From Macrostomum lignano (taxonomy: Eukaryota): DNA of 64,000 nt. Position 1 is the first letter of the stretch. Every line of letters begins with the position of its first letter. The notes under the pieces are model-generated. The model had not been told where the DNA came from and searched no databases. It saw only the letters and a list, made by a program, of their open reading frames with translations. Below, piece by piece: positions 47,231-60,600 of this stretch. Location of the stretch: assembly GCA_002269645.1 (NCBI GenBank), contig NIVC01002605.1, positions 93,270 to 157,269 on the forward strand, written 5' to 3'. Made by a program: the position numbers and the translations under genes.

Positions 47231-49225
47231 CTGTCTACCCACCTGAATGTTGGTTTATTTGTTTGCTTATCTATATATAATGCCACTATAATAGTGGCAT
47301 AGTCAAATCTATCTACCTGCTACATAAATTTTTTTAGGCAAAATTGCTGTGGCATTCAAATCATAGTTTGCAAGTAGCTTAAAACTTATAGATCAAGCTA
47401 TTATCATCAATTTGAGTCTTGCTAAAAAATGCATACTTTGTTGCTATAGATATGATGAATTTTATAGCATTTAAAAACTTTTCAAAACAAATTTTTTACT
47501 TTATTTGTTTTTCCAGGGTTCTCAAATGCCTCTAGCCTAAAACCCTAGGGTTAAAACCAAAATCTTTTGGGGTCCCCAAGGAGGGCACTCTGGGATTGAT
47601 ATTTTTAGCGTGTACTCAACATGATCTAGAGTATAGGCTATAAGTAGTAAGCATAACTCCAATAGCAAAAGCTGCATTTTTGACCTATGATCTATGTTGT
47701 AGCAATTCTTTTTCTAAATATATATTAAGTTCTGCTATACAACAAGTTATGTAGGCTATGTAATGGAATTAGCTCTCCTTTGGTATTAGCTTTTAGAAAT
47801 ATGGGTGGCTAGTTTCTAAAGACATAAATAACTTTCATTGTATATTGTCCTATGCATGATTTAGCATGTTTTCTGTATATAAATATGAATCTTTTCCATG
47901 AGATACACTATAATTTAATGTAATTTTGCATTTTGGCAAACTTTTAACATATTTCAAAAGCTTTTATGTATAAAATCATGATTTTAATATTTAGATCTAT
48001 ATAATAGAAAATAATGTCATTATTTTCCCAGATTGCAAATGTATGCATGCATAGCATTGATTGCAATAGAATAGTTTCAGAGTTATAAACAATATGGCAA
48101 AGAGATAAGAGAAAAAGAAGAAAAGAGTGACAAATGATCAATATACAAATTAAATAATCTCCTCATACAGTCTCTAAGCTTCTTAAGATCTATTGGCCAC
48201 CTTAGCTGAAATAGACAATAATAATTAAAAAACAATATATGAAGATAATTTTTGACACCTTTAAGCTCATATATTCCACTTTTTAATTGTACCAAACTTG
48301 TTGATTTTCAAGCATGCAGTAAAGCTATATGAGCAAAGGTATCACACCTTTCAGACACCCCTTGTAAACCTAGATGAGCCATTGTGACATATTTTCTTGG
48401 TGAAACAGTTTCTCTACTTTTAGTTCAGGTATCAGTAGTGATTAAGAATGCATAAGCTATTTTATAAAAAAGTTGTTGCAGTGACTTGCAGATGTAAATG
48501 GCTTCTTGCTATTGGGATACATTATGCCTAGCCTAACACCACTGAAATGTACATGGCAGGCAGCTTTAGGCTGGAACACTAGGCGTGGAAGGCAATAAAA
48601 TTATTGGGGACTGGGGCAGGGAATAGGGGTTTGGTGTGGAAAGATATGATGGAGGGGTTCAGCTGGGGGCAACTTAGAATACATTGAAATGCTTCTGTTT
48701 AACTTACTACTGAACTGGTAGTAGCTTGCACACAAATGTGCTGAATGGCCCAACCACTTATAGTATTGTGGTAATGCTAAAACATGAGATTAATATATAC
48801 AAAACAAAAATTATCAGATCATATTAGCAGTCCAACATCTTATTCTTTCCTCTATGCTTTACACTTGATACTCTCTGGTTGCCCAAAATTAGTCATGGAC
48901 TCTTCATGGACACATGCACACCTAGGTGAGTTGTAAAATGTATTTTAAACCCCAAAAGGATCATTTCATAAGCTGATTTTATCCTTTCTTGTAGTTATGT
49001 TTTTTGCTACTTTTTGATAATTGATAAATTTTTGCCACTTATAGCACAAAAATAAGAATTGTGCTTTATGCCTCTGCATGAAATAGAGGCATAAGTGCTT
49101 CTTATATTTTAATACGGAAATTGATAAACCTTTACCAAAATAATTGCTGACTTTATGCTATATTATCCAACTATTTTTGGTGATATTAAATTAAAAAGAT
49201 AATATCATTATTCAAAGAAAAGATA

Positions 49226-52200
49226 ATGAGTGCAACCGAAGTTGAGCAACAGCAGCAGCAGGAGCAGCCAGCTGATGAATCAACAGCTGCCGAGCAGTTC
49301 TCAAAGCCTGCGATCTCGCCAATCAGGATGCAATCGGCCGATGTCAACAATGAGAATGTGGCGGCGGAGACGGTGGCGGCGGCCTCGGAGCAGCAGCAGC
49401 AGCCGGTATTCGTCGGGGACTCAGCAGCGGCAGCGGGCTCGCCGCCGCCGGAGCAACCGGAGCAACTCGATCATCTGTTTCGCGACGCTCGCTACTTTAT
49501 GATTAAAAGCTCCAATTATGAGAACGTGTCTCTGGCCAAAGCTAAAGGCGTCTGGGCCACGCCGCCGCCAAATGAGCACAGATTGAATGGCGCTTATCAC
49601 GAGTCGCGCTCCGTCTATCTGATATTCTCAGTGAAGGAGAGCGGCCGATTCCAGGTAGTTATTTAATTAACGCACATCGGCACCGCGCCCTGCTGGAACT
49701 GTTATTGATAAATTGATTGCTGAATTGAACTTTTATCTCGGGGGACTGTGCATTTTGGAGACTCTATTTAGGTGACAGGTGTGTGTGTGCTATGACCTAC
49801 CTAGTCTTAAATTGGCACACAAATTTATTTATTTATAAAGTTTTATTGGCAAGCATTTCACCTGTGTTTTCTTGTCTACACTAAACTTGATCTGATTTTT
49901 TAATTTTATACCAAACATAGAGATTGCTTAAAGAGACTCATTAGATTGACTATGCTGATATATATTTTTATATTTGAGTCTTTCTGCACTGATTTAATTA
50001 TTATAACTAATTATACATCCTGTTGTGCGACTTGAACTGTTTCTCCCGCAAAGTGTTTCTCTGTGGGGCAGATCAATAGGGTTGGTTTATGCATATGTAG
50101 TCTATTAGTGTCCTCTTCAGGTGAATCAAAAGAGATATAGTCCCTTATCCCATATTATCCAAATCCCCAATCCCACCCACTCCCCAATGTCCCTTATCCC
50201 ATATTATCCAAATCCCCAATCCCACCCACTCCCCAGTGTCCCTTATCCCATATTATCCAGATCCCCAATCCCATCCATTCCCCAGTGTCCCCTATCCCAT
50301 GTTATCCAGATCCCCAATCCCATCCATTCCCCAGTGTCCCTTATCCCATATTATCCAGATCCCCAATCCCATCCATTCCCCAGTGTCCCTTATCCCATGT
50401 TATCCAGATCCCCAATCCCATCCCAATTCCCCAGTGTCCCTTATCCCATGTTATCCAGATCCCCAATCCCATTCCCCAGTGTCCCTTATCCCATATTACC
50501 TATATCCCTAATCCCATTCCCCAGTGTCCCTTATCCCATATTACCTATATCCCTAATCCCATTCTCCAGTGTCCCTTATCCCATATTACCTATATCCCGA
50601 ATCCCATTCCCCAGTGTCCCTTATCCCATATTACCTATATCCCGAATCCCATTCCCCTGTGTCCTTTATCCCATATTACCTATATTCCTATTCCCTAATC
50701 CCGTTCCCCAGTGTCCCATATCACATATTACCTATATTCCTATTCCCTAATCCCGTTCCCCAGTGTCCCATATCACATATTACCTATATTCCTATTCCCT
50801 AATCCCATTCCCCAGTGTCCCTTATCCCATATTATCCATATCCCTAATCCCATCCCCCAGTTTCCCTTATCCCACTAAACTTAACATTCTGACTTCGGCA
50901 TATTATCCATTTGATTTACTCTCAACAAAAAGCAGAAAAGATTATTCAACGCTCTAAACATTGAATGTGTATTTATTAGGGCTTAACTTACTACTTTGAT
51001 TAGTAGCTTACGAGTGATACTATTCACAGGTAAGTATGAGCTAATGGGTTGTCAATAAAGAATGAAGTTGTCAAGTGATTTCCAAGCAAAAGGTAAGATG
51101 CTTCTTTGCAAGAAACGACAGCACTGATAGAAGAAAACTGATATTTTAAAGCAGACTTTAATTCGCAAACCCCCCCTCCCTAAATCCTTGACACGCAATT
51201 CGAACCCAGGGCTACGCCAGGCTGGCCGGCCCATCGGAGAAATCCAGCAACCGGGTGAACTGGGTCCTGCCGCCCGGCCTCAGCCATCGCGCTCTCAGCG
51301 GCACCTTTCGCATCGACTGGCTCAGCCGTAGGGAGCTGCGCTTCAATAAAACTGGCCACCTATTGAACGCTTGGAACGAATTTAAACCGGTGAAAATCGG
51401 TCGCGATGGCCAGGAGATTGAGCCGGGCGTTGGCCAAGCCCTGTGCCGCCTGTTCCATCTCGATCCCGATTGCGATCTGGATCGCCTGGTTGACCGCACC
51501 AAGTCCAGGCGCAGGGTCAACTTGCCTCATCATCACCAGCATCACCAGCAGCAGCAGCAGCATCATCAGCATTACCCGCCCCCGATGATGGCGCCGCACG
51601 GGCAGCCGCTGATGCCGCCCAATCAGCAGCAGCTGCCGTATCTTCAACAGCCGGCTTCGCTGCCTCCGCCGCCGCTGCCACCCTCGCAGTCGATGGACCG
51701 GCCGCCGAGAGCGTCGTCGCCGCCCTCTACAGATCGTCGCCGATCGCCGCCTGGTGAGCGTCGCCGACATCAGCAGCGTCATCGAAGCCATCGCGACTCT
51801 GGTTCGTCTTCGTCTAGGCGACGTCGCCGATCTAGCGAAGGCGGCGGTCGTCGGTCAAGAAGCCGGTCTCGACGATCAAGGAGCCGGCCTCGCCGATCGC
51901 GAAGTCCGCCGAAAGGCGGCAACGGCGACATTCAAGGCGTCGGCAAAGAGACGTTCATCAATGGCAGCTATCAGGACTACCTGAGACAGTTCGGCTCAGC
52001 CGTGTCCAACCCGGCTGATCAGGCATCTCAGCAGCAGCCGCCATCGCAGCAGCAGATGCAATATGCGGCTTATGGCTACCAGCAGTACCCAGCCGCTGCC
52101 AATCCCTATGCCGCGATGATGTACGGCCAGGCTCAGTACATGATGCCCGGCCAGCAGCAGCCTATGTACGCCTACCAGCAGCAGCAGCAGTTCCAGGTGC

Positions 52201-52448
52201 AGCAGCAGGTGCAGCAGCCTCAACTCTCTGCCGAGGATTACGAGAAGCGCGTCAACGAGTTTCTCCAGCGCACTACCGGGGCCGCTCCAGGTGCCGCCGC
52301 GGCTTCCGCAGCCACCGCCACCGCGGCTGCTTTATCTAGTAGCGGCGGCGACAGTCCGAGCTCATCGGACGATGACGGCGGCCGCTCTTCGTCAAGCCGC
52401 AGTCGACGTCGTCGACGACGACGTTCTCGATCGTCTTCTCGACGCTGA
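49226..52448 (+). CDS. YTHDC1: YTH domain-containing protein 1 (nuclear m6A reader). Exons 49226-49654 and 51210-52448 (~555 aa).
   Basis: [25 protein letters not shown]...[12 protein letters not shown]|GYARL...NWVLPPG...[17 protein letters not shown] matches the YTHDC1 subfamily ([16 protein letters not shown]). Aromatic-cage Trp residues retained. Q/P-rich and RS-rich tail. Confidence 0.95.
50135..50870. repeat. YTHDC1 intronic minisatellite, ~49-bp CCCAGTGTCCCTTATCCCATATTA... unit
   Basis: Directly visible. Confidence 0.94.
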
Positions 52449-52669
52449 GACGCTCCGGTTCTCTTCTTTACTATTGGACACCTGTTTTTGTTGAAGCATT
52501 GGTTTATTTTTTTAACTAATTTTACTGTAGTATGAAATTAAGCTGCCTAGCATCAGTACGCTCGTAAAGCTTGTAATGTTGACCTAATTGTATGTGTTGC
52601 TTGTTTCATTAATGTCTAAATGCCTCGGGACTCGAAAAGCGTTACTTTGACTAGTATATTAATAGAAAT

Positions 52670-52747
52670 TGGTAATATAGTAGTAGTAGTAGTAGTAATA
52701 GTAGTAGTAATAGTAGTAGTAGTAGTAGTAGTAGCAGTAGTTGTAGC

Positions 52748-52787
<40 letters not shown>

Positions 52788-53095
52788 ATAGTAGTAGTAT
52801 TTGTAATAGTAGTAGTATTAGTAGTAGCAGTAGTAGTAGCAGTAGTAGTAGCAGTAGTAGTAGTAGTAGTAATAGTAGTAGTAGTAATAGTAGTAGTATT
52901 TGTAATAGTAGTAGTATTAGTAGTAGTAGTATTAATAATAGTAGTAATAGTAGTAATATTAGTAGTAATAGTAGTAGTAATAGTAGTATAGTAGTAGTAA
53001 TAATACAGTAGTAAAGATAGTAGTGTATATTATAGTAGTAGTAACATTAGTAGTATGGTAGTAGTAATAGTATAATAGTAAAGTAAAGTATAGTA
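52670..53095. repeat. (GTA)n microsatellite downstream of YTHDC1
   Basis: Directly visible. Confidence 0.96.
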
Positions 53096-53109
53096 AAAAA
53101 CTCCTTTTA

Positions 53110-53330
53110 CAACTTTAGCTACGCAGAATGGAAGCAGCGTAAGACAGCTTTGGCCCTACGAGCGTTTTTCCTCAGTAATGCAGAATAACGCGGAGCCTCC
53201 GACACTCCATTTAGACGTTTAGACGTAACAAAAAATGGTGGCCTACTGTTTAAGTTATTTCTACTGTCAGCATGATTTTAAATTCATTTCTGCTTTTTGA
53301 AGGTAATATGTTCTCTCAATTAAAGGCGAT
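53110..53330 (+). promoter_or_regulatory. Candidate EDC4 promoter or 5' UTR exon
   Basis: CpG-containing patch, AAAATGGTGGCC motif and a donor-like AAG|GTAATA near 53322; an acceptor TCTTCAG lies 11 nt before the EDC4 ATG. Confidence 0.3.
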
Positions 53331-53584
53331 GAAAATACTTAGAAAGGCCATTAATTAGTAGCAATAAGCCATGCCATGTTTTGTATTTGTCTAATGCCTA
53401 ACATAACTGCTTTTACTCTCTGAACTCTTGTTGTGTGTGTGTGTATATGTCTTTATTTATGTTTTATGGTCGTGTTACTAACACTAATAAATTGATATCT
53501 GTAATGTTCTTGAAAGTCTTTGATTATTTTCTTTTTATTTCTATGTATACTGCTCTCAGGTAGATTTATTAGAGAAATCAGAAT

Positions 53585-54415
53585 CATTAGGCTGATTCTC
53601 TATGATTTAGGGCTGATTCTGTGTGGTTTAGGGCTGATTCTCTATGGTTTAGGGCTGATTCTCTATGGTTTAGGGCTGATTCTCTATGGTTTAGGGCTGA
53701 TTCTCAGTGTGGTTTAGGGTTGATTCTCAGTGTGGTTTAGGGCTGATTCTCAGTGGTTTAGGGTTGATTCTGTGTGGTTTAGGGTTGATTCTCTATGGTT
53801 TAGGGCTGATTCTCTATGGTTTAGGGCTGATTCTCTATGGTTTAGGGCTGATTCTCAGTGTGGTTTAGGGTTGATTCTCTATGGTTTAGGGCTGATTCTC
53901 TATGGTTTAGGGCTGATTCTCTATGGTTTAGGGCTGATTCTCAGTGTGGTTTAGGGTTGATTCTCTATGGTTTAGGGCTGATTCTCTATGGTTTAGGGCT
54001 GATTCTCTATGGTTTAGGGCTGATTCTCTATGGTTTAGGGCTGATTCTCTATGGTTTAGGGCTGATTCTCAGTGTGGTTTAGGGTTGATTCTCTATGGTT
54101 TAGGGCTGATTCTCTATGGTTTAGGGCTGATTCTCTATGGTTTAGGGCTGATTCTCTATGGTTTAGGGCTGATTCTCTATGGTTTAGGGTTGATTCTCAG
54201 TGTGGTTTAGGGCTGATTTTCAGTGTGGTTTAGGGTTGATTTTCAGTGTGGTTTAGGGTTGATTTTCAGTGTGGTTTAGGGTTGATTTTCAGTGTGGTTT
54301 AGGGTTGATTTTCAGTGTGGTTTAGGGTTGATTTTCAGTGTGGTTTAGGGTTGATTTTCAGTGTGGTTTAGGGTTGATTCTCAGTGTGGTTTAGGGCTGA
54401 TTTTCAGTGTGGTTT
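53585..54415. repeat. 21/23-bp minisatellite GGGCTGATTCTCTATGGTTTA
   Basis: Directly visible. Confidence 0.96.
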
Positions 54416-54637
54416 AAGTTTTCTAACAGTCCAATTCCGAGAAGATAGAAATAGAATTTTTTAGTTTTTAGAACATTTTATTACATTTGATTTTAGTCTG
54501 AGTTTGATATTAAATTCAAGCACTAGTAAAGCAATACACAGCTCGTACTTTTGAAGACTAATTTTATAAAAACAAACTTCTTGTGCATTCATGATATATA
54601 AATCAACAAGCTATATTTATCTTCAGTTGTATTGTCA

Positions 54638-57600
54638 ATGGCATCCCTGCAAGAAATGTAAGTTAAAATTGAAATTGTACTTGTTATTTCACTCTTGTTG
54701 CATTGCTTTTCTGTTAATAACTTTTCGGTCAGTGACTGTTTGGGTCAGTGACCGTTTGGGTCAGTGACTGGACTGTTTGGGTCAGTGACTGTTTGGGTCA
54801 GTGACCGTTTGGGTCAGTGACTGTTTGGGTCAGTGACTGTTTGGGTCAGTGACTGTTTAGGTTATTGACTGTTTGGGTCATTGACTGTTTGGGTCAGTGA
54901 CTGTTTAGGTCATTGATTGTTTGGGTTATTGAATGTTTGGGTCAGTGACTGTTTGGGTCATTGATTGTTTGGGTTATTGACTGTTTGGGTCATTGATTGT
55001 TTGGGTCATTGACTGTTTGGGTCAGTGACTGTTTGGGTCAGTGACTGTTTGGGTCAGTGACTGTTTGGGTCATTGACTGTTTGTGTTATTGACTGTTTGG
55101 GTCATTGACTGTTTGTGTTATTGACTGTTTGGGTCATTGACTGTTTGAGTCAGTGACTGTTTGGGTCATTGACTGTTTGAGTCAGTGACAATTTATGAAT
55201 TACCAGTTTAAGGTCATAAACCGTTTCCAAGTCATAGTGAATCAGAATAACAGTCCCGACCGTCCCTCCCGCCAGAGCGTGCACCGGCCAGTCGGACTCC
55301 AGCTCGTTCAGCCTGCGCCCCGGCCGGGTGCACGTCACGGCTAGTCAGGCCTCGAATTCTGGCGCCGAGCAGCGCCAGGCGGACGCCCGAATTCGAGTTG
55401 TCCCAACGATAAAATTCGCTTGGACTCAGCAGTTCTATAATGGCCATTTGGTGGCTTCGCATCACTGCCTGCCGCTGGTTGCCTACACGCTTAAAGCGGT
55501 TCGATCCTCGCACGACGAAGGCGTTGTACGCGTGTTTAATAGCAAGACTGCGGCTAAGGCTCTAATTAAGGTGTAGTACATTGGGTTGACTTGAAACTGC
55601 TTGAATAAGGCCCTTGCCTGCACAGGTGTCACTGAGTCACTTGCGCAATCACTGAGTCACTTGCACAGTCACTGAGTCACTTGCACCGTCACTGAGTCAC
55701 TTGCACAATCACTGAGTCACTTGCACAATCACTGAGTCACTTGCATAGTCACTGAGTCACTTGCACAGTCACTGAGTCACTTGCACAATCACTGAGTCAC
55801 TTGCATAGTCACTGAGTCACTTGCACAGTTACTGAGTTTCGTCTACTTAACGTTTGAATTACGCTTTTGTCATAGTTTTCTTCCTGCTAATCAAAACCAG
55901 CTCATTAATCTGCATTTAAAATTCTCTCTGGCAATAAGCGATCATTCTTCACTGCAGGGCTACGCCAGCCGTGTTGTAGACATAGCATTCGCTCACATCG
56001 ACGACCTGCCAATCCTTGCTTCGGTTGACGGTCACGGCACTGTGCACGTCGATCTCATTCAAGACTCGCACAGCGCCGAGTCATTGCTTACCCGCCGTCT
56101 GGTGACGGTCACGCGCAGCGGCGGCCGAGTGTCGAGTACCACCGACTCACCTGGTGTCCCTATATTGCTGACGCCGACGACGCCGACGACGAGGACGAGG
56201 AGGACGAAGACGATGATTTGAGTGGCGGCGGACAGAACGGAGCCTCCGCTGAGAGTCGGCGAAGCGCCAAGGCTCGTCTGCTGGCTGTGACGCACGACAA
56301 CGAGCTGAACCTGCTGGATGTGCAGAAACTGGTGTCCACCTATGCTGGCCAGGTTGTGGACTCGGACAGCCTGGATGAGCATTTTGTCAAGTTTCAGAAT
56401 CACAGCCAGGTGAGGAAATTGGGAATTTAGGGGTTTCTAAGGTATTTGTATACGGGAGGTGGTGCTCAGGTGTGCGATTCTCATGGTGCACAGATAGGCG
56501 ATTCTCATGGTGCTCAGGTGTGCGATTCTCATGGTGCACAGATAGGCGATTCTCATGGTGCACAGGTGTGCGATTCTCATGGTGCACAGATAGGCGATTC
56601 TCATGGTGCACAGGTGTGCGATTCTCATGGTGCACAGGTGGGCAATTCTCATGATGCACAGGTGTGCGATTCTCATGGTGCACAGGTGTGCGATTCTCAT
56701 GGTGCACAGATAGGCGATTCTCATGGTGCACAGGTGTGCGATTCTCATGGTGCACAGGTGGGCAATTCTCATGATGCACAGGTGTGCGATTCTCATGGTG
56801 CACAGATAGGCGATTCTCATGGTGCACAGGTGTGCGATTCTCATGGTGCACAGGTGGGCAATTCTCATGATGCACAGGTGTGCGATTCTCATGGTGCACA
56901 GGTGTGCGATTCTCATGGTGCACAGGTGTGCGATTCTCATGGTGCACAGGTGTGCGATTCTCATGGTGCACAGGTGTGCGATTCTCATGGTGCACAGGTG
57001 TGCGATTCTCATGGTGCACAGGTGTGCGATTCTCATGGTGCACAGGTGTGCGATTCTCATGGTGCACAGGTGTGCGATTCTCATGGTGCACAGGTGTGCG
57101 ATTCTCATGGTGCACAGGTGTGCGATTCTCATGGTGCACAGGTGTGCGATTCTCATGGTGCACATATTGCCGATTCTCATGGTGCACAGGTGTGCGATTC
57201 TCATGGTGCACAGGTGTGCGATTCTCATGGTGCACAGGTGTGCGATTCTCATGGTGCACAGGTGTGCGATTCTCATGGTGCACAGGTGTGCGATTCTCAT
57301 GGTGCACAGGTGTGCGATTCTCATGGTGCACAGGTGTGCGATTCTCATGGTGCACAGGTGTGCGATTCTCATGGTGCACAGGTGTGCGATTCTCATGGTG
57401 CACAGGTGTGCGATTCTCATGGTGCACAGGTGTGCGATTCTCATGGTGCACAGGTGTGCGATGACTTCATAGCCATGCCCCTCATGGTGCACAGGTGGGC
57501 GATTCTCATGCTTTGTTAATTACATTTGTAACTAAAAATAATTTTGCCGCAGCCAATCATGGACCTGGCCATCAGTCCGGAGGGCGGCTTGGTCGCCTCC

Positions 57601-60600
57601 TGCGGTCTAGACGGTATCGTGTACTTCTTTCAAGTTGAATGGGAAGACGGACTGTTGCAGGCTAGGTAAGAGAAATGAATCTCTTTGATATGCTTGGCTC
57701 TTTTCCCCAGGCCAGCTATAAACTGTTATTGACTTCTCTTATCGTTCGCAGTCAAATGCCCGATCCGTGGAAGCCGCACGAGGGCAGGCCGGTCTATCGC
57801 GTGCTATTCTTGGACGATGTGCGCGGCGTTAAAAAGGAGTGAGTGTACTTCAAGCTTAGTTTTAATGTACATTGACTAGCACCTGCAAGCACTCCCCCAT
57901 GCTGGCCCTCAATGTACATTGGCTAGCATCGGCAAGCACTCCCCCCATGCTGGCCCCTCAATGTACATTGGCTAGCATCGGCAAGCACTCCCCCATGCCG
58001 GACCCTCAATGTACATTGGCTAGCATCGGCAAGCACTCCCCATGCCGGACCCTCAATGTACATTGGCTAGCATCGGCAAGCACTCCCCCATGCCGGACCC
58101 TCAATGTAGATTGGCTAGCATCGGCAAGCACTCCCCATGCTGGCCTCTCAGTGTACATTGGCTAGCATCGGCAAGCACTCCCCCATGCCGGGCCCTCAAT
58201 GTACATTGGCTAGCATCGGCAAGCACTCCCCATGCTGGCCTCTCAGTGTACATTGGCTAGCATCGACAAGCACTCCCCCATGCCGTCCTCACAATGTACA
58301 TTGGCTAGCATCGGCAAGCACTCCCCCATGCCGGACCCTCAATGTAGATTGGCTAGCATCGGCAAGCACTCCCCCATGCTGGCCTCTCAGTGTACATTGG
58401 CTAGCATCGGCAAGCACTCCCCATGCCGGGCCCAATGTACATTGGCTAGCATCGGCAAGCACTCCCCCATGCTGGCCTCTCAGTGTACATTGGCTAGCAT
58501 CGACAAGCACTCCCCCATGCCGTCCTCACAATGTACATTGGCTAGCATCGGCAAGCACTCCCCCATGCCGGACCCTCAATGTACATTGGCTAGCATCGGC
58601 AAGCACTCCCCCATGCCGGCTCCCATTACAGCGTACAGTTCTGCTGCCACGCCATCACCTGCGGCGAGTTCAACCGCGAATTGAAACTGTGGCGCATGGA
58701 CAACTGGGCCTGCCTGCAGACTCTCCAATTCGCTTCGCCGGCCGGCGAACGTCCGCCTGAGTTGAAAATCGCCTGCGACTCCAGCGGCCGATATGTTGTG
58801 CTAACTGACTCCACCCGGTCGGTGTTCTACGTGGCCGAGTTCTGCTCGACTGACGCAGGCGGCGGACCGGCGCTGACCTGCTTGACCGAATTTGTCATCG
58901 CCGATCCGTGCATTGATTTCTCCATCGCCTCGCTTAAGCCTGCCAAATCAACTGCTGCGCTGGCTTCCACTGGCGCGATTGGCAGCGGAGAGTCTGCCCA
59001 GACTCTGCACCTGCAGACGGTGAGCCGCTGCGATCTGTATTCTCCCTAATTACACAGTGAACTCGCAATTTTTCTCTGCATAAACTGATCAAATGGTTAT
59101 TTAATTACTGGTAGGGAGCGAATAAGTCACTTAACTGTGTAGGTCAACGTAGGTCAACTTGGGTCGATCAGTGGGTCTGAAAATGGCTCAATGATTGTGT
59201 AAATGAATTGTTCAAAGACTGAATTTATCAGTGGGTCAAAGAATAGGTCAATCAGTAGGTCAATAACTGGGTCAACCAATGGGTCAATCAGTGGGTCAAC
59301 AAATAGGCCAATCAGTGGACCAACAAGTGGGTCAACAAATAGGCCAATCAGTGGATCAACAAGTGGGTCAACAAATAGGCCAATCAGTGGATCAACAAGT
59401 GGGTCAACAAATAGGCCAATCAGTGGATCAACAAGTGGGTCAAAAAATAGGCCAATCAGTGGATCAACAAGTGGGTCTAAGAATGGGTCAATCAGTGGGT
59501 CAAGAAAGGGTCAATCAGTGGGTCAACGATTGGTTCAATCAATGGGTCAATCAGTGGGTCAAAGAATGGGTCAATCAGTAGGTCAAATAATGGGTCAGCC
59601 AGTGGGTCAACGAATGGGTCGGCCAGTGGGTCAATGAATGGGTCGGCCAGTGGGTCAACGAATGGGTCAATCAGTAGGTCAACGAATGGGTCAGCCAGTG
59701 GGTCAACGAATGGGTCGGCCAGTGGGTCAACGAATGGGTCAATCAGTAGGTCAACGAATGGGTCAGCCAGTGGGTCAACGAATGGGTCAGCCAGTGGGTC
59801 AACGAATGGGTCAATCAGTAGGACAAAAATGGGTCAATCAGTGGGTCAGCAGAGTGGATAATTCAATAAGTCAACGAATGGGTCAATCAAGGTATTAACG
59901 AATACTTCAGTGGGTGGATCATCGAATGAGTCATTTAGTAGGTCGTTCTAAGAACTAATATTGAACTTACTCGGTATCGTTTATAACAAAAATCCCAAGT
60001 CATGTTCAATAATTAAGAGAATGAACATGATAAACACTTTCTCCCTTCTCTCTTTACCAGGTGGGCCCCAGAGCCCTGCAGAATCACTTCATAACCTTCG
60101 CTCCGTCGTTCGCCTCCGGTGCGGCGCCGTCTTCGCCAGCCGCCGCTGCCTCGTCGGGGCCGGCGTCAGCGGCCGCCACGCCGCGCAGTCTGGGCAATTC
60201 CACCGACGTCGATCTGCTGTTGGCATCCGGCAGCAGCGCGGCCGGTAGCGGCGGTTTCGGCCGAGCCGGCACGGCTGTCGATAGTTCCACCGTTACCATA
60301 GTAACCGGACTAGCGTCGCCAGTTGGCAGCTCAGTTGTCGGCAGTCGGGACGTTGCCGTGGCCGCCGTCGCCGCTTCCGCCGCTGCCGATGCCGCTGCTG
60401 ACGTAGATGACGCTGAGCCTGCTGACGATGACGCCGAGGTGTCGCAGCTGATGTCACAGCGCGCGACAGACGCCGGAGACGACGCTATCGACATGCCACC
60501 GCCGCCGCGACCAACGGCGACGAAGAGGACGACACTAATGCCATCGAGCCAGACGAAGATGACGACGAAGGCGATGAAGAAGAAGAAGAAGAAGGGCAGC

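Noticed and set aside
52620-52991. Poly-Val ORF as a membrane protein
   Set aside because: It is the translation of a (GTA)n microsatellite.
53585-54415. GGTTTAGGG resembling telomeric TTAGGG
   Set aside because: It is embedded once per 21/23-bp unit, not as tandem hexamers, so it is not an interstitial telomere.
54614-54640. Acceptor 11 nt before the EDC4 ATG as evidence for SL trans-splicing or an operon with YTHDC1
   Set aside because: A plausible cis donor (AAG|GTAATA, ~53322) and a promoter-like patch lie upstream, so trans-splicing is not required.
56102-56136. 35-nt GT-AG micro-intron as the explanation for the first EDC4 frame break
   Set aside because: It is GC-rich with no pyrimidine tract, removing it deletes residues that align with EDC4, and the other breaks have no compatible intron.
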